Shown: positions 27,559-37,408 of the stretch, piece by piece | Layout: the number at the start of each line of letters is the position of its first letter | Position numbering within the stretch: the first letter of the stretch is position 1 | NCBI GenBank assembly: GCA_958296135.2 | Contig: CATQHZ020000001.1 | Coordinates: 1,984,001 to 2,048,000 of the forward strand | DNA: 64,000 bases | Source of the DNA: an uncultured Poribacteria bacterium | GTDB lineage: Bacteria; Poribacteria; WGA-4E; WGA-3G | Reading direction: 5' to 3' | Notes under the pieces: generated by a model | Database searches by the model: none | Seen by the model: the letters and a program-made list of their open reading frames with translations, nothing else | Told to the model about the DNA's origin: nothing | Position numbers and translations under genes: made by a program

Positions 27559-28955
27559 TCGTCATCTCCCAGTTCGTCTCGTAGCCGTTGCAGTTCCTGT
27601 TTCAGTTCGGCGACAACGTCAACGTAAGCCGCATCGGCGTAAACGTTGTTCATTTCGTGCGGATCCTTCTCCAGATCGAACAATTCCCATTCTGGCGGCG
27701 TTTCCTTGTTGATTGCGCCTGCCGAGCCGAGTGCCTGCCCGTAGTAATAGATAAGTTTGTAGCGTTCCGTGCGCACGCCGTAATGCGCCGGAATGTTGAA
27801 ATGCGCGAGGTGCATCCAATATCGGTAATACATCGATGTGCGCCACGCTGCCGGCACCTCGCCTCGCAACGAAGCGCGGAGACTTTCTCCCTGCATATCG
27901 GCAGGGATTGACACGCCCGCGTAATCCAGCAGTGTCGGTGCGAAATCGACATTCAGCGTGATTTGCTCGTTCACGCCAGCCGCCGGAATTTCGCGTGGAT
28001 ATCGGACGAGCAACGGAATGCGAATCGATTCTTCATACATGAACCGTTTATCGTACCAACCGTGGTCGCCCAAAAAGAAGCCGTGGTCCGCCGAATAAAT
28101 GACGAGCGTATTTTTCGCGATGTCCTCGTCGTCAAGATAGTCAAGCAGCCGCCCGACGTTCTCGTCGATTGCGTGCGCGCAGCGGAGGTAATTCTGCATG
28201 TAGCACTGATAGTTCCACCGCTTCAACTCATCTCCCGTAAGATGCGCAGACACAGGCTCCGGCAGATGATTTTTTAGGTGCATCGCGTCCACCTTCGCCG
28301 TGCTCATTGCAGCGGCGGCAGCCCGATTTTGATAGGTATCATCAAAAGTGAGCGGCTCCGGGATTGGCTCGGTATAGAGATGCCGGTGCTTCGGACTCGG
28401 AAAAAACGGGTCATGCGTCGCCTTGTAAGTTGCCATAAGGAAAAACGGCGCATCATCCGCTCGGCGTTGCAACCACGCCAGAGAGCAATCAGTTACGATG
28501 TCCGCTGAATATCCCTTGAACGTTTTCCGCTGTCCCATCTCAATCATCTCTGGCTCAATATGTTTGCCTTGGACAGGGAACACGTTCCAATAATCAAACC
28601 CGCCCGGGTCGCTGTTACCACCGTGTCCGAGGTGCCACTTTCCGACAATCGCTGTCTGATATCCACGGTGATTCAGCAGCTGCGCGACCGTCTGTTCTTT
28701 ACCGTGGTCGAGCGTGTCACCGAGGGTTTTGATGCCAGTCTTATGACTGTATTTGCCCGTCATGATGGAGCCTCGCGCCGGCGTGCAGATGGCGTTGGTG
28801 CAAAAGCAGTTGTTGAACCGCATGCCTTCGTTGCCGATTCTGTCGATATTCGGCGTGCTGTTTATCTGGCTGCCGTAGCAACTGATCGCCGGTGCGGCGT
28901 GATCATCGGAGACAATCAGGAGGATGTTCGGGCTGTTTGGACTGCTCATGTGCAT
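27555..28955 (-). CDS. Sulfatase
   Basis: SDDH, CTPARG (CxPxR), GKWHLG, ADHG, YEESIRIP. Confidence 0.92.
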   Translation of the reverse strand: MHMSSPNSPNILLIVSDDHAAPAISCYGSQINSTPNIDRIGNEGMRFNNCFCTNAICTPARGSIMTGKYSHKTGIKTLGDTLDHGKEQTVAQLLNHRGYQTAIVGKWHLGHGGNSDPGGFDYWNVFPVQGKHIEPEMIEMGQRKTFKGYSADIVTDCSLAWLQRRADDAPFFLMATYKATHDPFFPSPKHRHLYTEPIPEPLTFDDTYQNRAAAAAMSTAKVDAMHLKNHLPEPVSAHLTGDELKRWNYQCYMQNYLRCAHAIDENVGRLLDYLDDEDIAKNTLVIYSADHGFFLGDHGWYDKRFMYEESIRIPLLVRYPREIPAAGVNEQITLNVDFAPTLLDYAGVSIPADMQGESLRASLRGEVPAAWRTSMYYRYWMHLAHFNIPAHYGVRTERYKLIYYYGQALGSAGAINKETPPEWELFDLEKDPHEMNNVYADAAYVDVVAELKQELQRLRDELGDDE

Positions 28956-29108
28956 GTGTTACTTAGTTCAGGACAGACGTAGAACGTTCGGTAGGCGCGG
29001 TTTGAAACCACACAATGTGAAACCTGCGCGCTTACAAAGCATGCCTACCGGGAATTCGGGACTGTAGGCGTGCCCGTGACGGCCCTTGCCCTACTAGCCG
29101 CGAACGGT

Positions 29109-30134
29109 TTACTCCCAGGGCTTGAGAATAATCTTGGAGCTCTCGTGAGAAGCCGAAGTCTCGAATGCCTTCTGAATCTCGCTCATCGGGAAAATGTTGC
29201 TGATAAGCAGATTGAGCAGCGGCGAACCTTCGATTACCCGCATCAAACCGGGGAAGTGGTTGAGTTTATAGTGCCACGCTCCGACGAGATGCAACCCCTT
29301 GCCGATGAGATCTGGACTGACGTGGATGACGGTGTCGTTCCTACCGCTCTGCCCGACGAACGCGATTCTGCCCCGGCGGCGTGTTGCGTCAATACAAAGC
29401 CGATGCGCTTTGACGTTCCCTGAACAGTCAATCGCGAAATCGACACCGCGCCCATCCGTTGTGAGTTCGCGAATCTGGGAGACAGCGTCTTCATCGGCCG
29501 GGTTGATGACAGCCTCGACGCCCATCTGTTTTGCGTGTTCAACGCGCCACGGAATCAACTCCGCCGCGATGACTTTCGCGCCCCGAAACCGCGCGTTTGT
29601 AATCGCACCGAAACCGACGGGGCCGATGCCAGTGACGAGGACGGTGTGCGTTGCATTCAGCCCCATCTCATCAAACGCCCGGTAAGAGGGCCCTAGCGCG
29701 CAACACGCGAGAGATGCATGTTCATAAGAGACATGCTCAGGAATCTTCGGGAGCAGCCACGACGGTTTGACGATGTACTGCGCCATTGTTGCGCGGCCGT
29801 GCGGGGAGCCCGTGAATTCCTCGAAATTGTAACTGTTCTCGCAGTGGATGTAATCGCCATCGGTGCAAAGGACGCATTTCCCGCACGGGTACTGCGGCAT
29901 CACCACAACCCGGTCGCCGACTTCCACTTTGCCGGGCTGTGCGATGTCAACGACTTCGCCGGCCGCCTCGTGGCCGAGGGAATTGGTTTTGTGCCCATGT
30001 TCAAAGGCGTGGTATTCGTTGCACATCGGGGCGGCGTGAATTTTCACGACTACCCAATCTTCTTTCGGTGTCGGATCCGGCACTTCAACGAGGCCGGCTT
30101 GGCATTCGCCTAAAATTGCTGCTTGTTTCATCAT
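29109..30134 (-). CDS. Zinc-binding dehydrogenase (MDR family)
   Basis: GHEAAG, CGKCVLC...C zinc site, GIGPVG. Confidence 0.9.
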   Translation of the reverse strand: MMKQAAILGECQAGLVEVPDPTPKEDWVVVKIHAAPMCNEYHAFEHGHKTNSLGHEAAGEVVDIAQPGKVEVGDRVVVMPQYPCGKCVLCTDGDYIHCENSYNFEEFTGSPHGRATMAQYIVKPSWLLPKIPEHVSYEHASLACCALGPSYRAFDEMGLNATHTVLVTGIGPVGFGAITNARFRGAKVIAAELIPWRVEHAKQMGVEAVINPADEDAVSQIRELTTDGRGVDFAIDCSGNVKAHRLCIDATRRRGRIAFVGQSGRNDTVIHVSPDLIGKGLHLVGAWHYKLNHFPGLMRVIEGSPLLNLLISNIFPMSEIQKAFETSASHESSKIILKPWE

Positions 30135-30141
30135 TTCTCCT

Positions 30142-30363
30142 CTATTCTGATCCCCAGCCTATTTCTGGCATTGGAGGAATCGATTTTTCTAGGTGACAGG
30201 TTAACGCGACGAGACAGTCGCTGAGCATGTTCTCAACGTCCTGCCGCGTGTTATCCCGCAACGGGCCCGAAAGAGCTGCGCGGCAAAGGTTTACGGCACG
30301 GCCCAGCTGCCCTGCCTTTTGGTAACACGACGCGGCACTAATACGATGGACAGCACCTTCCAA
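30142..30363 (-). pseudogene. Probable 3' fragment of a helical hypothetical protein
   Basis: AVHRISAASCYQKAGQLGRAVNLCRAAL reads like a TPR-like helix pair but has no convincing start. Confidence 0.35.
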
Positions 30364-30622
30364 GCGGAAAAACTACAGACGACAATATATGCGTCCAGAT
30401 TATATGGGTTTTCTAATGCTTGAGTTACCTTTTCCCGATGTCGCCGGGCGAGCTCCGATGAATGTAAACATAATTAGTACGTAGCAGATTTCCTGCGTGT
30501 GCACCCAAAATTATGCCACAATTCTGTCTATAAATCAAGAAAAATTGTGAATCGCTAAATGTTTAGTTTTTCGCCGTATCGCAGGACCGCGTTTTGTGAT
30601 TGTCAATAGCAAACTACGTGTC

Positions 30623-32077
30623 CTACCGTTCCCGCTCAGACACCAGCAAATCGAACGAATTGCTCTGCCATCCACCTTCCATGACAATATTATCCCGTGT
30701 TTCACGCAGGCGATTCACCATCCGCGCCTTCATGCGGCGGAGGACGTGCTTGTAACCGAGGTGCATCGCGAGGTTGTGTAACTCACCCGGGTCGCTCTGC
30801 ATATCGTAGAGTTCGTCCTCGCTATACGGATTGTAGACGTATTTCCAAGAACGCGTGCGCACCATCCTGACAGAGGCAAGCGTTGGCTCATAGCCGTGGA
30901 ATTCGGCGAATACATCATCAGGCCAGTCTGGCACCGTTTCGCCTTTCAGGAGCGGCACAATCGAGCTGCCGTCCAAATTATTAGGTATCTTCGCGCCGCC
31001 GATATCCAAAAACGTCGGCATCAAATCAACAAGATTCACAAATTCGTCACACGTCGTTCCCGGTGATGTCGCGCCCGGCCATCGAACGACAAGCGGAATG
31101 TGGTGCGTCTCCTCATACATGTGGAACCCTTTGTTGAAAAGGCGATGGCTGCCGAGCATATCACCGTGGTCGGTCGAAAAGATGACGATAGTATTTTCGG
31201 CCAAACCGTTCTCTTCAAGGCAGTTGAGAATGCGCCGGACCTGGGCATCGATGAAAGTGCAGAAGCCCCAATAGCAAGCGATGACTTTCTGCCAATCGGG
31301 CCAGGTGAGGTGGCTGGTGTTCCAGCGGAGCATCTCCTTTTGCTGGATGGACGGCTTGTTGATGAATTGCTCGTCAAAGTTACCCCAGCGTTCAACGTCA
31401 GCCGGATTATACATCGTATCGTACGGCGCAGGCACGGCGTAAGGGAAATGCGGTCCGAAAAAATTCGCGGCGAGCATAAAGGGTTGCGCGGAATTCGTAT
31501 ATCCATCGATTAACTCGATGGTTTTATCGGCTGTCCATGCCTCCATCGTGCGTTCTGCGGGGAGCGTCAGTCTGCCGTAAAACGGTGCCTCACCTCCCCA
31601 TTCAAGCGGCTGGACAGCGTCTCTGTCAATACGGAAGTCAATCCCTGCATCGCGGAGCCACTGGTGCCACTCACGATAGGGGTGCCATTTGTCGTAACCC
31701 CAGAATTCGGTGTCGCCTTCCTTGGCGAGGTGCCATTTACCGACGCAACCCACCTGATAACCGGCTTCCTTCAGCAGTTGCGGGTACGCCGGTTTGTCAA
31801 GGATCTGGTTTGCGAAAACGCCGTTGAAATTGCCCATGTTGGACAACTGCCCGTGGTTATGAGGGTAGAGTCCGGTGAGTAATGAACCGCGCGCCGGCGA
31901 GCAGAGCGCGAGGGGAGTATAGGCATTCGTAAACCGCATCCCCTGCGCGGCGATTTCGTCAACGGCGGGTGTTCTGCAAACTGGCGCGCCGTTGCAACTT
32001 AGCGAGTCGTAACGCTGCTGGTCTGTGAGGAGGAAGAGAATGTTGGGTCTGTTTTTATGAGTCATAGTTGTTCCCAT
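30623..32077 (-). CDS. Sulfatase
   Basis: TDQQR, CSPARG, GKWHL, TDHGD. Confidence 0.92.
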   Translation of the reverse strand: MGTTMTHKNRPNILFLLTDQQRYDSLSCNGAPVCRTPAVDEIAAQGMRFTNAYTPLALCSPARGSLLTGLYPHNHGQLSNMGNFNGVFANQILDKPAYPQLLKEAGYQVGCVGKWHLAKEGDTEFWGYDKWHPYREWHQWLRDAGIDFRIDRDAVQPLEWGGEAPFYGRLTLPAERTMEAWTADKTIELIDGYTNSAQPFMLAANFFGPHFPYAVPAPYDTMYNPADVERWGNFDEQFINKPSIQQKEMLRWNTSHLTWPDWQKVIACYWGFCTFIDAQVRRILNCLEENGLAENTIVIFSTDHGDMLGSHRLFNKGFHMYEETHHIPLVVRWPGATSPGTTCDEFVNLVDLMPTFLDIGGAKIPNNLDGSSIVPLLKGETVPDWPDDVFAEFHGYEPTLASVRMVRTRSWKYVYNPYSEDELYDMQSDPGELHNLAMHLGYKHVLRRMKARMVNRLRETRDNIVMEGGWQSNSFDLLVSERER

Positions 32078-32639
32078 TATCTTGATTCAGTTGTGCCGCG
32101 AGGGAGTGCCACCACCTATTTTTTGCATTAACGCGCAACAGATGCGTGCTGCCCGGGGCATCGTTCGCGCCTAAGCCGCGTTCAATAATTTGCGTGTGTG
32201 AATCTTGTTCTAGCTGCTTAGCAATTCTATTTTCAAGTCGTTCAGGCGAACGCAGGACAATGACGCTTACAATTTCCGCCGATTGGAGTTGCAAAAGAAA
32301 ATCGATGTTCCAGTGCAAAGTTTTGCCGCGCCTTGGGAGCAGATTACCGATGCCCAAGCCGCATTCAGTAAATCGGCGTATCATCTCGCCGCGAATTGCG
32401 TGGGGTGGCAAGTTTGCACTTCGCGCTGCGTGCCGAACGAGCCGCCGTGCTAGGGACATCGCGCCTTTCTCGGCGAGTGCCGAACCGACGTAGACATAGT
32501 CACCGGCGGGTAGGAAAATCGGTTTTCCCTTTTTGAAGCGTCCGAATCGGAGTTCGGTGTCTTCTGCGAGTCGGATGCGCAGGAGGTATGTTCCGGCCTG
32601 CGCATCCTCGCCGCTGACGGTGATGTCAGGAGTTTTCAT
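32055..32639 (-). CDS. GIY-YIG nuclease family protein (DUF123-like)
   Basis: GTYLL...YVYVGSA, RRLVRH, HWNIDFLL. Confidence 0.75.
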   Translation of the reverse strand: MKTPDITVSGEDAQAGTYLLRIRLAEDTELRFGRFKKGKPIFLPAGDYVYVGSALAEKGAMSLARRLVRHAARSANLPPHAIRGEMIRRFTECGLGIGNLLPRRGKTLHWNIDFLLQLQSAEIVSVIVLRSPERLENRIAKQLEQDSHTQIIERGLGANDAPGSTHLLRVNAKNRWWHSLAAQLNQDNGNNYDS

Positions 32640-32651
32640 GGGAGCACCGAT

Positions 32652-33251
32652 TCAACTTTCTGTTTGTTGCCACATCCGAAATCGGTTTCGCAACGCACTT
32701 AAAAGCCTATCCATGGATTTATCAATTTGCGCGATACGCGGGAGATTCATGGCGTTAACAAGGGCTTCCGTGTGCTCAATGCCTCCGGAAATTGGAACTA
32801 GTCCCGCGGCAAGAACCGCTTCTATCAGATGACGCTTGTAACGGTCACGCTCGCATTTCTGGTCGGGAGCCGGGCACCCTTTTCCCAAAACCGTTTTGAA
32901 TGCTTCCGAATCCAGGAGCAGCCACCGCTCAATATGCGGTTCGGGAATCGCGCAAATCACCAAGTCGGCAAAATTCGTAGAGATTGCTTGATCCATCTCC
33001 CTTTTTCGTGCTGAAAACCCAAGACAATTACTATCGGTACCGACGACAATCAGGTCAGGTAAAGGCTCCTTGTAGTGCCGTAAACCTTGTTGGTACAGTC
33101 TCAACTCAGTGATGACTTTTCCATGTCCGCCGCGAACACTATGGGCCCTGAGATTGATTTTAACATGGTATTTATCAGCAAACCGGTGGACCAAGGCCGT
33201 AAGAAAATCTTCATGGGCTTCGTCTTCGGCAAATAGGCTAATATTACGCAT
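32652..33251 (-). CDS. DUF4276-like (TOPRIM-type) protein partnered with an ATPase
   Basis: LFAED, GTDSN (DxD-like), PHIERWLLLD; overlaps the ATPase stop. Confidence 0.6.
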   Translation of the reverse strand: MRNISLFAEDEAHEDFLTALVHRFADKYHVKINLRAHSVRGGHGKVITELRLYQQGLRHYKEPLPDLIVVGTDSNCLGFSARKREMDQAISTNFADLVICAIPEPHIERWLLLDSEAFKTVLGKGCPAPDQKCERDRYKRHLIEAVLAAGLVPISGGIEHTEALVNAMNLPRIAQIDKSMDRLLSALRNRFRMWQQTES

Positions 33252-34533
33252 CAAAATCCCCCCGCACGATACGTCCGGAAATAGCCAAATCATCTTCGGC
33301 ATCCAACGCTGTCTGAATTTCCGATGCCTTCCAAAATTGCCCTACATGTGTCTTCGTGAAAGGTTCAATCTCGGTGGCACCGTTAACCTTGCGACAAAGG
33401 TATACAGAGTCAATAGGAATGAGATCCGGCAAAAGCGGTGAATGCGTTGTGACGATAAATTGGGTATCTTGGAGGATTCTGCGGGTTTCCAAAATCCGAG
33501 CAATCCGTTGAATACGACGCGGATGGATGCCGTTTTCCGGTTCCTCGAACCCGACAAGGACCGGCGGCTTTTTTGCACCGCTGAGTGCTAAAAGCCCTAA
33601 AATGCGGAGCGTGCCTTCCGATACGATTCGGGTGGAAACCAGTTTTTCGCCTTCACGAAGATCCAACTCAACTTGTCCCAACTTATTGACACTGACATCA
33701 ATCCCTGTTATTGATGGGATAATGGCGTGCAGCGATTTTTCAACGGCCTTGAACTGAGGTTCATTGAGGGCCCGTAAGGTATTGAGAAACGCTGCAAGGT
33801 CTTCCCCCATCACCCCCACGTGGTCGACCTCCTTCACAGGATTCGGGAGCCGCATTCGCTCCCGAGGTTCAAAGTAGTAGGTGAACCAGTTCGCCAATTC
33901 TTCCTGCATCGCAACGACATGTGGGTAGTGAGGCGGATAATGCGACATGGAAAGAATACTGTAGTCAAGATGCCGCTCATAATAGAGTGGATGCGCCTGT
34001 CCCTCCATCCGCAAATGCAGCCGGCCTTCAACTTGTTCCAAAAACGGCTTCCGTTTCCGATTCACCTCGCCTTTGGTATTCAGTGCAGTGAGATATTCGT
34101 CTGCCACCTGCAAAATACCCAATTTGGGGAGCATTTCAATCTCAATGCGATACCGCAGATACTGCTCACGCACGAATCGCTTTGAAACCGATTTGCTTCC
34201 CGTCCTTTCTTGAATTCGTTGATTGACAGTCTCAACAACCCGGGGCGATAACTGAACATCAACTTCAAGAGTGAACGCCACTGTCTCGCGTTCCAACAGG
34301 CTCTTGATGCCTTCGTGTCCAAAAGTGAATGACTCTAGGGGGTACCCTCGGTATGGCAAATCAAATGCCTCTTTTAACGTCCGGCAAGTGATTATCCGGG
34401 AGAGAAGTTGTAAGGCATCAAGAAAATTACTCTTACCTGATGCGTTAGGGCCGATGAGCACCGCAAGCGGGTCCAGATTCACCTCCACATCCGCCAGCGA
34501 TTTGAACCCCTGAATTTTGATTCGTTTCAGCAT
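33244..34533 (-). CDS. AAA_21/AAA_15-type ABC ATPase
   Basis: IQGFKSL, GPNASGKSN, SEGTLR, FEEPENGIHP, TTHSP. Confidence 0.88.
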   Translation of the reverse strand: MLKRIKIQGFKSLADVEVNLDPLAVLIGPNASGKSNFLDALQLLSRIITCRTLKEAFDLPYRGYPLESFTFGHEGIKSLLERETVAFTLEVDVQLSPRVVETVNQRIQERTGSKSVSKRFVREQYLRYRIEIEMLPKLGILQVADEYLTALNTKGEVNRKRKPFLEQVEGRLHLRMEGQAHPLYYERHLDYSILSMSHYPPHYPHVVAMQEELANWFTYYFEPRERMRLPNPVKEVDHVGVMGEDLAAFLNTLRALNEPQFKAVEKSLHAIIPSITGIDVSVNKLGQVELDLREGEKLVSTRIVSEGTLRILGLLALSGAKKPPVLVGFEEPENGIHPRRIQRIARILETRRILQDTQFIVTTHSPLLPDLIPIDSVYLCRKVNGATEIEPFTKTHVGQFWKASEIQTALDAEDDLAISGRIVRGDFDA

Positions 34534-34549
34534 CGTTGTGTGCCTCCGC

Positions 34550-35347
34550 TCAATAGCCTAAACTTTGCAGATACTCCCGATTCACCTTCGCCGCTTCCGC
34601 CGGCGGACGCGGGGGATAGGGCCGGTCCAATTCCACAGAAACCCAGCCGCCATACCGTACCGCTTCAAGCCCTTCCAAAACTGCTTTGATATCAAGTCCG
34701 AGGTTTCCTGCACCGAGTTCTGCGAAGCGCGCCTGTTCACCGAACCGTTGCGTTCGGTAATCCCAAGTCTCGGGGTTATCGGCGTGACAGTCTTTGAGAT
34801 GGACATGCCCGATCCGATGCCGCAAACGTTCACTCTCAAAAACCTGCATCGGGTCACTGCCAGCGGCAAGCATGTGTCCTGTATCAAATAGCAGCCACAA
34901 CAGCGGCGCGGCGGCCAAAAGACGTTCAGCATCATCAACCGTCTCAAGTAGCGTGCCGAGGTGCGCGTGATGGAAGCCTTTCATCTGATGCACATCGCAG
35001 AACGCCAACACATCGTCTAGTGTTCGGGCGGCGTTCTCGAAATCTGCATCGCTCGGATTTGCACCGCCCCATTCGGAACGCCTTAATGACGGAACCTCCG
35101 CCGCCTCGTTGCCCAATGCAATGTTAAACCGAACTCTATCCAATCCCGCGCCGCCAGCGTTGACGATATGGAGTCCGAAACTGCGCGCCAGTGTCGCCAT
35201 CTCAACAAGTGCATCAGGACTATCAATGCCTAATCCTTCGACACCGTCCCATCCTGCGTCGGCGACTTCGCGTAGCACCTTCTCCGGGTTCTCGCGCTGT
35301 TCGCCGCCGAATTGGATAAGGTGACATGCGAGTCTGAATTTGCTCAT
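34550..35347 (-). CDS. Sugar phosphate isomerase/epimerase (IolE-like TIM barrel)
   Basis: HHAH, FDTGH, HVHLKD, ELGAG, SVELD. Confidence 0.85.
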   Translation of the reverse strand: MSKFRLACHLIQFGGEQRENPEKVLREVADAGWDGVEGLGIDSPDALVEMATLARSFGLHIVNAGGAGLDRVRFNIALGNEAAEVPSLRRSEWGGANPSDADFENAARTLDDVLAFCDVHQMKGFHHAHLGTLLETVDDAERLLAAAPLLWLLFDTGHMLAAGSDPMQVFESERLRHRIGHVHLKDCHADNPETWDYRTQRFGEQARFAELGAGNLGLDIKAVLEGLEAVRYGGWVSVELDRPYPPRPPAEAAKVNREYLQSLGY

Positions 35348-35750
35348 GAGTATCCTCCTTCTGTATAGGGAAAAAAAGCGTAGATGGCGGCAACGAAATC
35401 GTCTCCTCATTGCGCGGAGATAGCCTCACAATCGGATTTTCTGGGGAGTTCCCAGAACAGGAACACTGAGAACGCATTGTTCGTGCCTCCTTGTCGATTT
35501 TGAACGCTTGGGTTGAGTCTATCCTATTTTTTGGAAAATAGCAAGAGAATTCTGGTGGCACCCACGGACGTTGAGCTCTGGGGAGTTGTTCCATCCCCTG
35601 GGTTTTACCGCCATCTCTCAAACTGGGTTTGCAACGCTTTGATGAGTCGGCTGAGTGAATCATTCCGCCGCGCCAATCGCTGAAAATTCATCTGAACATC
35701 CACCTCCAGGCGAAACGATAATTGTTCAGGAGAATAGCAAGTAAAAGCCT

Positions 35751-36710
35751 CTAATTCTCATGATAACTCTGCCCCCGAAGCGACGCGTGCCGAATCTCGT
35801 CCAATTCCTGCGCGGTGAAGACACCCGCCCGGTAGAGATTCCGATACTCATCGGAGACGCTCTGCCCGAATATCAGCAGATCATCGGTGTTCACACTCAC
35901 TCGCACGCCGCTATCATACAAGACTCGGATAGGATGCGCGGAGAGTTCTGGCACCACATCCAACATCACGTTACTCGTCGGACATACATTCAATTGGATG
36001 TCATTTTTGGCGAGCCACCGCATCACCTCGGTAGATTCAGCGGCACCAATGCCGTGCTGAACTTCGTCCAATTCTAGGGTGTCCACAGCGTGCCTGATTT
36101 CCTCCGCGCCGCCGAACTCGCCTATGTGCGCTTTCAGTTTCATACCCGCATCGCGCGCCTTTGTATACAATGGTTTCACTGCCTCTGGGGAACAGGCGGT
36201 TTCATCGTCATACAGATCGATCGAGTGAAAAATCCCTAATTCTATGGCGTGGTTCGCCAAGTCCATATCTTCTCGGTTGGCAGCACTCGTCCGAGGAAAA
36301 CCCAATTCCGGTCGCAGATTTATCTCCATCTTGTGGCAGTCAACCAAATTCTCAATAAATAGGCGGAGCCCTGTTAAACCGTCAGCATAGAATCCCGCAC
36401 AGCGGATGTCAAAACTCATCTCAAAAACGACAACGCCATCCCGAATTGCATCGCGCACGGCTGACGCTGCGACGAATTCAAGCCCTCGGCGGCACCGGAG
36501 ATGCGGGGCCAAAAACTTGCCCGCATACGCTAACATCCCTTCCAATCCACTCATTTTCGGTGGTGCTTTTTTCAACGGATGTCCCAACCAGCGTTCCACA
36601 TTTTCGAGGCGCGTGCCGAAGAAGGCATGGCAGTGCAAGTCTGCTTTGGGAATCGCCTTTATCGCAGTGAGATTGTCGGTTGAAAGTGCTTCAATAAACT
36701 CAAGTGCCAT
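35751..36710 (-). CDS. Adenosine deaminase family protein
   Basis: PKADLHCH, KAHIGE, QHG, CPTSN, NTDD. Confidence 0.88.
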   Translation of the reverse strand: MALEFIEALSTDNLTAIKAIPKADLHCHAFFGTRLENVERWLGHPLKKAPPKMSGLEGMLAYAGKFLAPHLRCRRGLEFVAASAVRDAIRDGVVVFEMSFDIRCAGFYADGLTGLRLFIENLVDCHKMEINLRPELGFPRTSAANREDMDLANHAIELGIFHSIDLYDDETACSPEAVKPLYTKARDAGMKLKAHIGEFGGAEEIRHAVDTLELDEVQHGIGAAESTEVMRWLAKNDIQLNVCPTSNVMLDVVPELSAHPIRVLYDSGVRVSVNTDDLLIFGQSVSDEYRNLYRAGVFTAQELDEIRHASLRGQSYHEN

Positions 36711-37407
36711 GTAGTATCCCTCCAGACTGATGCTTCAGCCTTAGCATTTCATTCCCCGTTTTCTGGAAATGATAGGGCACGCCTTCTACGGAGCAGATAA
36801 CGTTATCTGCTTCAAGCGCGGCAAGCACAGGCAATAAGAAAGGGGAAGGTTCGCTATTGAAATCAACAAGCGGAAAAATCCTAACTTCCTCCGCTACCCG
36901 CAGGAGTTCTCGGATAGACTGCAGATGAAACTCTAAATCTCTGTTACCCGAATAGAGAAAAAGAAAATGAGACGATAGTGCCAGGTCAAACTGTCTATCA
37001 GGAAAGGGGAGGTTCGGCAGTGCCGCGTCCACATACCTCCCTTGCCGCTTTCCGCATTCAAAATCCTCGCAGAACTGGTTCATCGCCTGCATGCGGCGTT
37101 TCGCCAATTCGTCCACAGAAGCGATGTGAGTCCAGACGAATTTGTCTTGATTCGCGCGCGTCTGCGCGATAACGTCATCGTAGGTAGCCTTGATTCGCGC
37201 GCGTAACTCCTGCACGGAATACCGATAAATCGGATCGATGGAGATTATCGGTGTTCCACGCTGATACATCTGTGAATTGAAGGAAGCCGGTCCGTCGCCG
37301 ACACCCACGATTTTCAACGAGAGTTCCTCCTGAGACAGCCCAAACATGTCTCGGTATTCATCGAATGACCGGCCCCAAGGGACGATTTCTGTGTAATGCA
37401 AGTCCAT
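36700..37407 (-). CDS. Class I SAM-dependent methyltransferase
   Basis: GVGDGPASF, LPFPDRQFDLALSSHFLF, EVRIFPL. Confidence 0.8.
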   Translation of the reverse strand: MDLHYTEIVPWGRSFDEYRDMFGLSQEELSLKIVGVGDGPASFNSQMYQRGTPIISIDPIYRYSVQELRARIKATYDDVIAQTRANQDKFVWTHIASVDELAKRRMQAMNQFCEDFECGKRQGRYVDAALPNLPFPDRQFDLALSSHFLFLYSGNRDLEFHLQSIRELLRVAEEVRIFPLVDFNSEPSPFLLPVLAALEADNVICSVEGVPYHFQKTGNEMLRLKHQSGGILHGT

Positions 37408-37408
37408 G

